The notes: generated from the letters alone by a model not told the origin. A DNA stretch of 64,000 bases from an uncultured Ignavibacterium sp. (GCA_964454895.1 CAYVTW010000010.1:9934-73933); one strand, 5' to 3'. Positions 39,866 to 50,064 are shown, numbered from the stretch's first letter. Translations and numbers: made by a program.

Positions 39866-41125
39866 ATGAAATTGAATAAAAAGACAGTAATTATAATTGG
39901 CGGTGGATTTGCAGGACTATCAGCTGCAAAAAAATTAAAGAATAAACCGGTCAATCTAATTTTGATTGATAAGACAAATCATCATCTTTTTCAACCTTTA
40001 CTATATCAAGTAGCGACAGCAGGACTTTCACCAGCCTATATTGCATTCCCACTTCGATCAATTTTCCGCAAAGCTAAAAATGTTCAAGTAATTTTAGGTG
40101 AAGTAAAGAGGATCAACCGCTATGAAAAAAAAGTTTATTTGAACGGTGAATATTATTCATATGATTTTCTGATCGTTGCTACAGGTGCTCGTCATCATTA
40201 TTTTGGAAAAGATGAATGGGAAAAGATTGCACCTGGTCTTAAAACTCTAAAAGATGCAATCAACATAAGAGAAAAAATTTTACTTGCTTTTGAGAAAGCA
40301 GAGAGAATTTCTGATCCAACCGAGCAACAGAAATATTTAAACTTCGTTGTTGTTGGTGGTGGTCCTACTGGTGTAGAGATGGCCGGCGCAATAGCAGAAA
40401 TTGCTAAGAAAACACTCATAGAAGATTTCAAAAAAATTGATCCATCAAAAGCTAAAGTATTTTTAATTGAAGCATTAGATAGAATATTACCAACTTATCC
40501 AAAAGATCTATCCGAGAAAGCAAAAAGAGATTTAGAAAAATTAGGAGTAAAAGTATTACTGAACACTAGAGTCTCTGATATTCAAAACGAAAAAGTTATT
40601 ATAAATGGTGAAAAAATTGAAACCTCCACAATAATTTGGGCGGCAGGAAACAAGGTAAATAATTTAATAAATCAATTAAACACAGAAACGGACAAAATGG
40701 GTAGAGCATTAGTTTCACCATATCTTACACTAAAAGAAGATGATACGGTATTCGTTATTGGTGATGCAGCAGCTGTTTTTGATAAAAATGGGAATACACT
40801 TCCCGGTGTTTCGCCAGTTGCAATTACCGAAGGAAGATATGTTGCTAAATCGATTTTGAGAAGAATAAAAAACAAATCAATAAAACCATACAAGTATTTT
40901 GATAAAGGTAGTCTTGCAACAATTGGAAAAGCAAAAGCAGTAGCAGATTTTGGCTGGTTAAGATTCTCAGGATTTTTTGCATGGTTGCTCTGGGTATTTG
41001 TTCACATATTTTTCCTGATCGGCTTCAAAAATCGTTTTATTGTATTGATTGAATGGATATTCGCTTATTTTACTCACCAAAAAAGTGCTAGACTTATAGT
41101 TGACGAAAAAATTATAAAAGAATAA
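39866..41125 (+). CDS. ndh: Type II NADH:quinone oxidoreductase (NDH-2)
   Basis: ...VIIIGGGFAGL... first FAD/NAD fold. Second dinucleotide motif ...VVVGGGPTGVEMAG... C-terminal membrane-anchoring hydrophobic segment. Confidence 0.8.
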   Translation: MKLNKKTVIIIGGGFAGLSAAKKLKNKPVNLILIDKTNHHLFQPLLYQVATAGLSPAYIAFPLRSIFRKAKNVQVILGEVKRINRYEKKVYLNGEYYSYDFLIVATGARHHYFGKDEWEKIAPGLKTLKDAINIREKILLAFEKAERISDPTEQQKYLNFVVVGGGPTGVEMAGAIAEIAKKTLIEDFKKIDPSKAKVFLIEALDRILPTYPKDLSEKAKRDLEKLGVKVLLNTRVSDIQNEKVIINGEKIETSTIIWAAGNKVNNLINQLNTETDKMGRALVSPYLTLKEDDTVFVIGDAAAVFDKNGNTLPGVSPVAITEGRYVAKSILRRIKNKSIKPYKYFDKGSLATIGKAKAVADFGWLRFSGFFAWLLWVFVHIFFLIGFKNRFIVLIEWIFAYFTHQKSARLIVDEKIIKE

Positions 41126-41553
41126 ATATTGTAACCAACTCAATTCTTAATCTTATTAAAACTTACTTCTTTTACAGCAATAAACTACAAACCATATTAT
41201 TTTAATTGAATATGTATTAAACGATTAAATTTTTGAAAGAGAGATTAATTTTTCAAAAGACTTTGTAATACTTTCATCATAAAAAGTTGGAAATTACTTT
41301 TTCGTCGATCTGATTCAACATAGCATTTACTTAGCATAAATTCTGATTAATCTTACTTTGAAATTTTTTCACATCTTAAAAATCAATTCAATAATGATTT
41401 AAGGCTTTCTTACTGATCTCTTTTAGGATATTTCAAAATCTTAGTGATACTTTTACAATAAAAATCCATTTTTAACATTTTACTTCTAATAGCTTGACAT
41501 TAACTCTAATCTATCATAAAATTGGAATAAATTATTTATATAAAGGTTTGAAG

Positions 41554-42945
41554 ATGAAAACAATTAAATTAATCACTGTATTTCTTCTTTCACTAATATT
41601 AATTTTTTATTTCACTAGTTGCGGTAAATCACCCACTCAACCTGATTCACCTCAAGGAGATAATGTAACGATAAATGGTCAAGTAATAGATTTCGAAACA
41701 GGACAACCAATAGTTAATGCTGCTGTTAAAATTATTGCAGACACAGCTCAACTTGGTGTAACAACAAATAACGATGGAAAATTTTCTAAAACATTCCGAA
41801 TTGTAAAAAGCATTGATGTAAAAGTTATCGCGACCAAAGAAAATTATAAAGGTGACACAACTATAGTTTTCGCCGTTCCTGGTAGAACGATTGAGGCTCC
41901 AACTCTGAAATTAGAAAAACTAAAAACTACTACTACAACAGGATCGCCTGCAAGCATTGTGCTTGTGAAACAAACATTCACAACGATTGGTGTGCGAGAA
42001 AGTGGAGATAACGAAACAACCACTTTAACATTTGAAGTCAGAGATTCGAGCGGTAACCCTCTTGATATAACTCGTTCGGTAACTGTAAACTTTACACTTG
42101 GTGCAAACCCTGGAGGTGGCTTATTCATAGACCCACCATCTAAGAAAACAAACAGCGAAGGTCGTGTTTCTGTTAATGTAACAAGCGGAACAGTTGCTGG
42201 TGTTGTTCAAATTATTGCTGAAGTTAACCTTGGTGCTAGAATTATTCGATCTAAACCTGTAAACATTGCCGTTCACGGAGGTTTACCTGACTACGAACAC
42301 TTCTCTATAGCACCTGAATTTTATAATTTCCCTGGCTTAGTTCAATATGGATTATTCAATGGAATTTCTGCTTATGTTGGTGATAAGTATTCTAATCCTG
42401 TTAAACCAAATACAATTGTTTATTTCTCCTCAACTGGAGGAATTATTCAAGGATCTGCTGTAACCGATGAGATGGGAGTAGCAACGGTCAGATTAATGTC
42501 TGCCGCTCCAACTCCAATCCATCCTACACTAGGGCCAGGTTTTGCCACAGTCACTGCTCGAACAGCAAATGAAAATAATCATATGATAGAACGAAGTATA
42601 GTTATCTTGTTTTCTGGTTATCCATCAAATTTATCCGTTACCCCAACTACTTTTGACATTCCAAATGGTGGCTCACAAGTTTTCAATTACATTGTTGCAG
42701 ATGTTAATGATAATCCAATTGCATCAGGAAATACAATTTCAGTTACTGTTGAAGGAAATGTTAAAGCTCAAGGTGATATTAGCGTGAATATGCCCGATAC
42801 TAAAAGTCGAAGGTGGACACAATTCAGTTTTGTTGTTCTAGATGCTGATCCCTCTAAAATTGAACCTGCTCCAGTTACTATTAAAATTGAAGTAAATGGT
42901 CCGAACGGTTATAATGCAATTTCTATTAGTGGAACTTCGAGGTGA
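41554..42945 (+). CDS. Hypothetical lipoprotein with Ig-like/CarbD-like repeats
   Basis: I prefer the start at 41554 (MKTIKLITVFLLSLILIFYFTSCG lipobox). ...VTINGQVIDFETGQPIVNAAVKI... CarbD-like. Higher GC. Confidence 0.45.
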   Translation: MKTIKLITVFLLSLILIFYFTSCGKSPTQPDSPQGDNVTINGQVIDFETGQPIVNAAVKIIADTAQLGVTTNNDGKFSKTFRIVKSIDVKVIATKENYKGDTTIVFAVPGRTIEAPTLKLEKLKTTTTTGSPASIVLVKQTFTTIGVRESGDNETTTLTFEVRDSSGNPLDITRSVTVNFTLGANPGGGLFIDPPSKKTNSEGRVSVNVTSGTVAGVVQIIAEVNLGARIIRSKPVNIAVHGGLPDYEHFSIAPEFYNFPGLVQYGLFNGISAYVGDKYSNPVKPNTIVYFSSTGGIIQGSAVTDEMGVATVRLMSAAPTPIHPTLGPGFATVTARTANENNHMIERSIVILFSGYPSNLSVTPTTFDIPNGGSQVFNYIVADVNDNPIASGNTISVTVEGNVKAQGDISVNMPDTKSRRWTQFSFVVLDADPSKIEPAPVTIKIEVNGPNGYNAISISGTSR

Positions 42946-43292
42946 GGTAATCAGATAAGAAGAAATATTTTTAGGATAAATCTTAACTCTTGAGTTAAAA
43001 AGACACGCTTTCTATTCATTGAGAAAAACTTATTTGAAATTTTGATTTCAATTCTTAGCTTTATATGATTAAATAGAAAACCTTATTCAAATCACATTTT
43101 CAAACATATATTTCTTATCAGCACAATTAAAATCAAATGAACTAACTGATTAAAAGCTTAATTCACCTCAACAACTAAAATTAATATCAACAAAACTTAG
43201 TTAAGACTTTCATTAAATACTTCGGTGCAGATGATTCTTGATTTTGTGGAGTGAACTCATTCACAAACCCCTTCATTGAAAAAAATTCATCT

Positions 43293-44675
43293 CTAAAAAA
43301 ATAATAAACCAATTCTATAAACAATGAAGCAAACAATAAAAGCAATAGTTAATGGAATTAAATTCGACAAGACAGTCCACTTGAGACTTTTCGTTTCTTT
43401 ATAAATTGTCCATGTTGTTGTTGAACATGGATAGTGCAGGAGAGAAAATAACATCAGGCAAATTGCTGTAAGTATAGTCCATTCATTTTGAACAAATAAA
43501 TTTTTTAATTGATCAATATCAAGATCAATCATCTTGCTCTGGTTAGAGTAAATCATAATAATTGTTGGTATTATAATTTCGTTTGCAGGAATTGCAATAA
43601 TGTACGCAAGTAGAATTGCACCATCCAGGCCAATTGCTTTCCCAATTGGATGAAGCAAATCGACACCATAACTCATGAGAGTTTTTCCATTGATATATAT
43701 ATTAGCAAGTAACCAGATCAATCCACCTGAAGGTGCAGCCATAACTACAGCTCTTCCTAAAACAAATAAGGTTCGATCAATAAATGAAGTATAAATTATT
43801 CTTAAGATTTGAGGTTTCCGATATGGTGGTAATTCAAGTTTAAAAGCAGAAGGTTCGCCTTTGAGTAAACTTTTGCTCAAAAGTTTTGATACTAAAAGTG
43901 TGATTACAATTCCAAAAAGCGTAATACCAACAACAGTTCCAGATGCGACCAATGACGAAATACTTGTTGGAAAAGAAGCAGCTACAAAAACAGTTGCAAG
44001 CATAATTATAAGTGGCCACCTACCATTGCAGGGGACAAAATTATTTGTAAGAATTGCTATTAATCTTTCTCGTGGTGAATCAATAATTCTTGTTGATACA
44101 ACACCTGCTGCATTGCAACCGAAACCCATTCCCATGGTTAGTGCTTGTTTACCATGTGCACCAGCCCACTTGAAAAGTTTATCGAGATTAAACGCTACTC
44201 TTGGAAGATAGCCTGCATCTTCGAGAATTGTGAAAATTGGAAAGAATATAGCCATTGGTGGAAACATCACAGAAACAACCCAAGCTGTCGCTCTATAAAC
44301 TCCATCAATCAGAAAACCCGTTAGCCACCACGGTGAATTAAAACTTTGAAAAAATATTTTTAGTTTTTCTTCTGCCAAGAAAAAAATAGACGCAAGGATT
44401 TGAGACGGATAATTTGCTCCTTTTATTGTTAGGAAAAATACACCAGCCAGTAATAGAAGCATTAATGGAAAACCAAAATACTTCGATGTAAGTAGTTGAT
44501 CAAGCTTTAATTCTAAATTTTCAACCCCATTGGATTTCTTTTTAACACTTCTAGATACAATTCGATTTGCCGTAACATAAATTTCTTCAACAAACTCATC
44601 GTCTATTTTTTGTCTTACTTCAGGATTACAAGATTCTACGATTTCAAGTATTTGTTTAATCTCTGGTTTTATCAT
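43293..44675 (-). CDS. feoB: Ferrous iron transporter FeoB, membrane (permease) portion encoded as a separate gene
   Basis: Polytopic membrane protein. Continues directly (ATGA overlap) from the G-domain gene. Equivalent to residues ~280-770 of full-length FeoB, including Gate-like motifs. Confidence 0.75.
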   Translation of the reverse strand: MIKPEIKQILEIVESCNPEVRQKIDDEFVEEIYVTANRIVSRSVKKKSNGVENLELKLDQLLTSKYFGFPLMLLLLAGVFFLTIKGANYPSQILASIFFLAEEKLKIFFQSFNSPWWLTGFLIDGVYRATAWVVSVMFPPMAIFFPIFTILEDAGYLPRVAFNLDKLFKWAGAHGKQALTMGMGFGCNAAGVVSTRIIDSPRERLIAILTNNFVPCNGRWPLIIMLATVFVAASFPTSISSLVASGTVVGITLFGIVITLLVSKLLSKSLLKGEPSAFKLELPPYRKPQILRIIYTSFIDRTLFVLGRAVVMAAPSGGLIWLLANIYINGKTLMSYGVDLLHPIGKAIGLDGAILLAYIIAIPANEIIIPTIIMIYSNQSKMIDLDIDQLKNLFVQNEWTILTAICLMLFSLLHYPCSTTTWTIYKETKSLKWTVLSNLIPLTIAFIVCFIVYRIGLLFF

Positions 44676-45457
44676 CTAGTATCTCCATTTCCCTTGTCTA
44701 AACCTTTATTAATCATCTGAAGTAAATTTCCGCTTTCAATCGCTTTACGAATTTTTTTATCACCCTCGAGCAAACGAATGGCTATCCATTCGCTCGAATA
44801 AATACCCGGAAAAGCTCTTTCTATCAGTTCCTTCAAATTGTCTACTTTTTCTTGAATTACTTTTTTGAGGCTTATTCTTCTGGGATTGGGTTTTATAATC
44901 CGATTAGATATTAAATGAATTTTTTCTTTTAATACATTAACTCCTTCACCAGTACGAGCATTAGTTAAAACAACAGGGATACCTAATTCTCTTTCAAGCA
45001 CTTCTCTATCGATCTCTATTCCTTTCCTTTTTGCCTCATCAATTAAATTAACACATAAAAGACATCTATTTGTAATCTGCATAATCTGAAATGCGAGATT
45101 AAGATTTCTTTCTAGTGCCGAAGCATCACACACTATCACGGTTGCATCTGGATTACCAAATAAAATAAAATCCCGAGCGACCTCTTCATCCTCCGAAGTA
45201 GAAAGTAACGAATATGTTCCAGGTAAATCAATTAACCGATATTCTTCGCCATTTATTTCAAATTCCCCTTCAGCCCTAGTAACAGTTTTCCCCGGCCAAT
45301 TACCTGTATGTTGCTTCAAACCCGTCAATCGATTAAAAATTGTGCTTTTGCCAGTGTTAGGATTTCCAGCAAGTGCTACAACTTTTTGTTCTCTCGATGG
45401 GAGAATCTCTATATGTACAAAATTTTTATTTTCAGTATTTGATTTTTTCCAGAACAT
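44672..45457 (-). CDS. feoB: Ferrous iron transporter FeoB, N-terminal GTPase (G-domain + GDI-like helical domain) as separate gene
   Basis: ...VALAGNPNTGKSTIFNRLTG... (G1), ...DLPGTYSL... (G3), ...NLID... (G4-like). Ends GNGDTR* with the stop overlapping the ATG of the membrane gene. Confidence 0.85.
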   Translation of the reverse strand: MFWKKSNTENKNFVHIEILPSREQKVVALAGNPNTGKSTIFNRLTGLKQHTGNWPGKTVTRAEGEFEINGEEYRLIDLPGTYSLLSTSEDEEVARDFILFGNPDATVIVCDASALERNLNLAFQIMQITNRCLLCVNLIDEAKRKGIEIDREVLERELGIPVVLTNARTGEGVNVLKEKIHLISNRIIKPNPRRISLKKVIQEKVDNLKELIERAFPGIYSSEWIAIRLLEGDKKIRKAIESGNLLQMINKGLDKGNGDTR

Positions 45458-45461
45458 TTTT

Positions 45462-45695
45462 TCAGTTAATTAATTCAACTTCTATTTTTTCACTTTCGTC
45501 CTTTCGTAATGCAATCAATGTATCTCTTACAAGATAAGCGATAGGATCACCTAATGGACTTTCAAAAACGACAGTTACAATTGTCCCAGGAATGAATCCT
45601 AAATCATATAATCTTCGCCTAGTCAATCCATTTAGATTTACATTTACAATCATTGCTTTCTCACCTTTTCTAAGCTCAGATAGTTTTTTTGTCAT
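45462..45695 (-). CDS. feoA: FeoA family protein
   Basis: 77 aa. ...LSELRKGEKAMIVNV...RRRLYDLGFIPGTIVTVV... SH3-like FeoA signature. Confidence 0.8.
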   Translation of the reverse strand: MTKKLSELRKGEKAMIVNVNLNGLTRRRLYDLGFIPGTIVTVVFESPLGDPIAYLVRDTLIALRKDESEKIEVELIN

Positions 45696-46351
45696 TTTAG
45701 TTTTTCGACGAAAATATTTTTAGAAATTTTTTCACTTATCAGGATTTCTTTTTTCTCAACTAGAACTAAAAGCGAATTATCATAAGTTCTTTTATCAATC
45801 ACCTTCAATTTATTTCCCACAACTAATCTCGAGTTATAAAGGTAAATTAGTAAATCTTTGTTATGATCATTTACTTTTTTAATAATTCCCGTTTCTCCTT
45901 TTTCTAGTTCAGCAAGATTAATACTTCGTCGTTGTTTTGGAATCTTTCCATTTTTTTTTGGTATCGGATGACCATGAGGATCAAAGTCTGGATAATTCAT
46001 TATTTGCTCTAATCTATCAATTAATTCATCAGACGAGCTATGTTCAAGATTTTCAGCTTCTTCATCTATTTGATACCATTCTAACCCAACAACTCGATAT
46101 AGAAAAGTTTCCCAAATCCTGTGCCTTCTAACTAATTTTATTGCTTCATCTCTACCCTTAGGAAGTAATTGAATTCCCTTATAAGGTGCATAACTCACAT
46201 ATTTTTCACGTGTTAATTTTTTTAGCATATCCGTAACTGCAGCGTTAGAAATTTCTAATTGCTCAGCTATCATCGTCGGATTAACAATTTCTGATTCTTC
46301 AAGTGCCTTAAAAATAACTCTTAAGTAATTTTCTTTTGAAATATTTGACAT
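45692..46351 (-). CDS. DtxR/MntR-family metal-dependent transcriptional repressor with C-terminal FeoA/SH3-like domain
   Basis: N-terminal wHTH (…MIAEQLEISNAAVTDMLKKL…), metal-binding/dimerisation region (…RHRIWETFL…HPIP…), C-terminal SH3-like segment (…LAELEKGETGIIKKV…). Confidence 0.8.
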   Translation of the reverse strand: MSNISKENYLRVIFKALEESEIVNPTMIAEQLEISNAAVTDMLKKLTREKYVSYAPYKGIQLLPKGRDEAIKLVRRHRIWETFLYRVVGLEWYQIDEEAENLEHSSSDELIDRLEQIMNYPDFDPHGHPIPKKNGKIPKQRRSINLAELEKGETGIIKKVNDHNKDLLIYLYNSRLVVGNKLKVIDKRTYDNSLLVLVEKKEILISEKISKNIFVEKLK

Positions 46352-46375
46352 ATTAAAGTTCCTTTACAAAAATAA

Positions 46376-46391
46376 TTTAAGTACACTTAAA
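46376..46391. promoter_or_regulatory. Candidate operator: 16-bp near-perfect palindrome TTTAAGTacACTTAAA overlapping the -35/-10 spacer of the dtxR-feoAB promoter
   Basis: Read on the minus strand: TTGATA-(17 nt containing the palindrome)-TAAATT, then AAAGGAAC RBS, then ATG of the DtxR-family gene. 7-bp perfect inverted arms with a 2-nt spacer. Confidence 0.35.
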
Positions 46392-46552
46392 CTATTTATC
46401 AAGGCATAATTTTGACCAAAAAAAGAGTAAAGATTTCTGTTTGCTGACAAAGATTACCTTTAGTTTTCCATCTATAACTAAAATCTAAATTCAGAAAATT
46501 CTTAATTTGCTATTAAAAATTACAGATGAATTAAAAAATTTAGGAGAATAAA

Positions 46553-47743
46553 ATGGACCAGATATTTAAAGAAAAAATTGAACAAGCCATTAGCATACTA
46601 CGAGAATTAGACATAGATATGTGGTTAACATATGTGAGAGAGACGGAAACAATACGCGATCCCTCGCTTGATTTGATCCTAGGCACAAATTGTACATGGC
46701 AATCTGCATTTATAATTACAGCTAAAGGAGAAACTATAGCAATTGTGGGAAGCCTTGATGTCGCTAATATAAAATCAAAAAACTTATTCAAGGAAGTAAT
46801 TGGATATGTTCAAGGAATAAAAGAAGATTTGACTAAAGTTCTTGATAAGCTAAATCCCAAAACAATAGCCATTAATTTTTCTAAAAACAGTAATCTTGCC
46901 GATGGTCTTACACATGGTATGTACCTAGACTTAATTGAAAAACTAAAAGATACACAATTTGTTGAGAGATTGATTTCTTCTGAAGAGATTATCTCGCTTC
47001 TCCGTGGAAGAAAATCTGCAACTGAGATTGAGCTTATGAAAGAAGCAATAAAAATTACTCTAGAAATATTTGAAATGACTGGGAAATTTATCCGTCCAGG
47101 GGTTACTGAAAAAGAAATAGCAGAATTTATTTTGAATGAAGTTGATAGAAGAGGATTAGATACAGCTTGGGATCGAGAATATTGTCCTTCAGTTTTCACA
47201 GGTCCTGATACTGCAGGCGCTCACGCTGGACCTACTGATAGGAAAGTAGAACCAGGTCATGTGCTCAATATTGATTTTGGTGTTAAGTATAAAGGTTACT
47301 GTTCTGATCTACAAAGAACCTGGTATATTTTAAAACCTAATGAATCAGATGCACCTGATGAAGTTAAAAGAGGATTTCAAGTAATTATTGAATCGATCAA
47401 GAGAGCTGCAGATTTTATTAAGCCTGGATCGGTGGCTTTCGAAGTAGATGCTATCGCGAGAAATTACATTCTTGAAAATGGATACGATGAATATCCTCAT
47501 GCACTTGGTCATCAAGTTGGTCGAAAAGCACATGATGGTGGTGTAATTCTTGCTCCAAAATGGGAAAGATACGGTGATATTCCATATAAAAAAGTTGGAA
47601 TTGATGAAGTCTACACACTTGAACCAAGATTAACAATTCCAAATTATGGAATAGCAACTGTAGAAGAAGAAGTAATTATTAGAGAGAACGGCGCTGAATT
47701 TCTGTCGTCACCACAGGAAGATTTGTATTTGATTAGATCATAA
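46553..47743 (+). CDS. M24-family metallopeptidase (Xaa-Pro aminopeptidase/creatinase-like)
   Basis: N-terminal creatinase-like domain. C-terminal pita-bread fold with ...GHVLNIDFG...GYCSDLQRT..., ...HALGHQVG..., ...TLEP... metal ligands. Confidence 0.75.
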   Translation: MDQIFKEKIEQAISILRELDIDMWLTYVRETETIRDPSLDLILGTNCTWQSAFIITAKGETIAIVGSLDVANIKSKNLFKEVIGYVQGIKEDLTKVLDKLNPKTIAINFSKNSNLADGLTHGMYLDLIEKLKDTQFVERLISSEEIISLLRGRKSATEIELMKEAIKITLEIFEMTGKFIRPGVTEKEIAEFILNEVDRRGLDTAWDREYCPSVFTGPDTAGAHAGPTDRKVEPGHVLNIDFGVKYKGYCSDLQRTWYILKPNESDAPDEVKRGFQVIIESIKRAADFIKPGSVAFEVDAIARNYILENGYDEYPHALGHQVGRKAHDGGVILAPKWERYGDIPYKKVGIDEVYTLEPRLTIPNYGIATVEEEVIIRENGAEFLSSPQEDLYLIRS

Positions 47744-48391
47744 CTTTAACATTTTCAATTTATCAATATAGGTAACCAACTTTGGATCTCTTAGCATAAT
47801 TAACTTTTGAGTTATTTCTTGCATTCTTTGCGCTGATTGTTGGATTAACTTAATATCATCTTCAATATCATTAAAATTTTTGTTTTGAATATTCTTTTTT
47901 AAGGATGTTAATGCCATGTTAATTGCACTAAGTGGATTATTCATTTGATGTCCAAGAGTTGCTGCCATCTCAATCAATGCTTTCTCGTGTTCAAGTTGTT
48001 TTATTTCTTGCTGAAGGTCGTAAATTCTTAATCCACTTCTAATTCTTGCGAGTAGCTCTTCATTTTCAACTGGTTTAGTTATATAATCATCTGCACCTGT
48101 ATCCAGCCCTTCCACTTTTTCATGAGTTGAAGTCTTTGCAGTGATCATAATAAAATAGATGTGTTTTAAATCTGGATTTGATTTTATTCTCGAACAAAGT
48201 TCTGCACCATCCATTTCCGGCATATTCCAATCGGCAAGAATAATTTCTGGTTTAAAGTTCGTTATTGTATTTAAGGCATCAATACCATTCTCGGCAGTTC
48301 GCACTTCAAAGTTGTTAACAACAAGTAGCCTCTCAAGAAGATACCGAGTATGCTCTTCGTCTTCAACAACTAAAATATTTCTTTTAACCAT
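47738..48391 (-). CDS. Response-regulator receiver fused to a HisKA-type DHp (phosphoacceptor/dimerisation) domain, no ATPase domain
   Basis: REC: ...ILVVEDEE...ILADWNMPEMDG...ITAKT. C-terminal ...AATLGHQMNNPLSAINMAL... = H-box. Protein ends ~70 aa later with no N/G1/G2 boxes. Confidence 0.6.
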   Translation of the reverse strand: MVKRNILVVEDEEHTRYLLERLLVVNNFEVRTAENGIDALNTITNFKPEIILADWNMPEMDGAELCSRIKSNPDLKHIYFIMITAKTSTHEKVEGLDTGADDYITKPVENEELLARIRSGLRIYDLQQEIKQLEHEKALIEMAATLGHQMNNPLSAINMALTSLKKNIQNKNFNDIEDDIKLIQQSAQRMQEITQKLIMLRDPKLVTYIDKLKMLKL

Positions 48392-48392
48392 C

Positions 48393-48785
48393 TCAGTTTA
48401 TGTATCCTCTTATTAGTCTAATGAATTCCTTATAATCAGTGATTGGCTTTTTAACACATTCTTCAGCTTTACTTTCTTTAAGTATACGAATAATATCATC
48501 ATCGCCTGCATAAGCCGTAACAATTATGATCGGAATTTTTCTAAGCTTCTCATCACTCTTTATTAATTTAGAAATAAAAATTCCGTCTACCTTTTTGTTG
48601 TTATAGTAAGTATTATCTAGACTAACATCCATAATAACAAGGTTGACATTACCATTATTTAATAATTCAAGAATTTCTTCGACTTTATCCGTAACAACTG
48701 TATCAAATTTTCCAAGTCTTCTTAGGATCAGATCAAATAATTCCACATTGAATGGATCGTCTTCAACAATCAAAATTTTAGGCAT
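48393..48785 (-). CDS. Single-domain response regulator (CheY-like receiver)
   Basis: ...ILIVEDDPFNVEL...LVIMDVSL...IIIVTAY... 130 aa, receiver only. Confidence 0.75.
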   Translation of the reverse strand: MPKILIVEDDPFNVELFDLILRRLGKFDTVVTDKVEEILELLNNGNVNLVIMDVSLDNTYYNNKKVDGIFISKLIKSDEKLRKIPIIIVTAYAGDDDIIRILKESKAEECVKKPITDYKEFIRLIRGYIN

Positions 48786-50064
48786 TTTCTTGTTCTTTTA
48801 GCTTAAACTGACTCGATCTTTTTGGTAAAGAAACAATTATTTCAAAATGATTTTCAGAATTCTTAGAGAACACATTACAAGAATTAGATTTGAATAGATT
48901 TTTAATTTGAACAAAATTAATATTTGAATTTTCGTTCAACAAATTGATCACTTGCTTATCATCAGTATGAATATGCAATTTAAGAGTTACTCTCAAAGCA
49001 TCTTCATTTGTTGATAATTTTACATCATTTATACCCATATTAATTAATTCCATAATAAGTAGTAAAAAAGCTTGTGAAAGCTTGTTATAATAACCAAAAA
49101 TTTTCGATCGAGTTAAATTCTTCACCTCAATTTTCAAAGCATTATCAATTCCTGAAATTTTCAAAATATCCAATACTTCATAAATTAATCTATCAAATTC
49201 AAAATACATTAACGAGTTCGTAGATAGAATATTTCTCGAAAATTCCGAAATCCCTTTTATTGTTCTTGAAAACTCAGGTATTTCTTTATTTAGAATAGAA
49301 AATATTTTATCCAACCTTTCATCAAACTGATTAGGGATTAATTTCTGAAGTAGATTAAATGAAGTAACTAACACTTGAGTCCTGTTTTTAAGATTATGAA
49401 AAGATTTTGAGCAAATTTTGCCTACCGCTGAAAAACTGATTTCTTTCCTTATGTAATTTTCTTTCTCTATAATTTCCGATTTTAAAATTTTGTTCCTCTC
49501 ATATGATAAATTTAAAAGAATAGAATAGCTTAGAAGGCTTAATATCATTTCTATTAATGAGAATTTGTCATTAATAATATCAGTTCTTTCACCTTCAACA
49601 TTTAGATAAATAATAGACTTTAAGTTTTCTTTTGAAAAGACTGAAATAATTAAAAATGTTTTACCATTTTTATTTTGATTATCTTCAGGATCAGGGAATA
49701 TTAAACTTTTTTTCTCTTCCAGAGCGATCTTAATCATTCCATAATCTTTTAGTCGATCTCTCAAACTATTATTACAATTACTGAAATACTCATAGAATAA
49801 ATTTTCATTTTCGTAAACACTCACAAAGTAAGATTTATACTTTATTATTTTACTAATCGTTAAAAATACTTGTTTTATTTGGTCTTCTATTATTAGTTCT
49901 TTTTTGATGATGTTATTTATTTCATTTATTAAAGAGAATACCTCATACTCAAACACAGAATTGTTTTGATTGTGTATTTGTTTATTTTGTTTTTCTATCT
50001 CTTGAAGACTGGAAAATTCTAATCCGTTTGAGATATTCTCAATTCTTAAGTTCAGTTCATTCAT
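48778..50064 (-). CDS. Degenerate sensor histidine kinase-like protein (N-terminal GAF-like region; H-box present; ATP-lid G1/G2 boxes absent)
   Basis: ...FSAVGKICSKSFHNLKNRTQVLVTSFNLL... H-box-like. C-terminal ...LLLIMELINMG... N-box-like, then no DxGxG / GxGxG. Ends ...HFEIIVSLP like HATPase_c termini. Very AT-rich gene with low-complexity N/K/I composition. Confidence 0.4.
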   Translation of the reverse strand: MNELNLRIENISNGLEFSSLQEIEKQNKQIHNQNNSVFEYEVFSLINEINNIIKKELIIEDQIKQVFLTISKIIKYKSYFVSVYENENLFYEYFSNCNNSLRDRLKDYGMIKIALEEKKSLIFPDPEDNQNKNGKTFLIISVFSKENLKSIIYLNVEGERTDIINDKFSLIEMILSLLSYSILLNLSYERNKILKSEIIEKENYIRKEISFSAVGKICSKSFHNLKNRTQVLVTSFNLLQKLIPNQFDERLDKIFSILNKEIPEFSRTIKGISEFSRNILSTNSLMYFEFDRLIYEVLDILKISGIDNALKIEVKNLTRSKIFGYYNKLSQAFLLLIMELINMGINDVKLSTNEDALRVTLKLHIHTDDKQVINLLNENSNINFVQIKNLFKSNSCNVFSKNSENHFEIIVSLPKRSSQFKLKEQENA

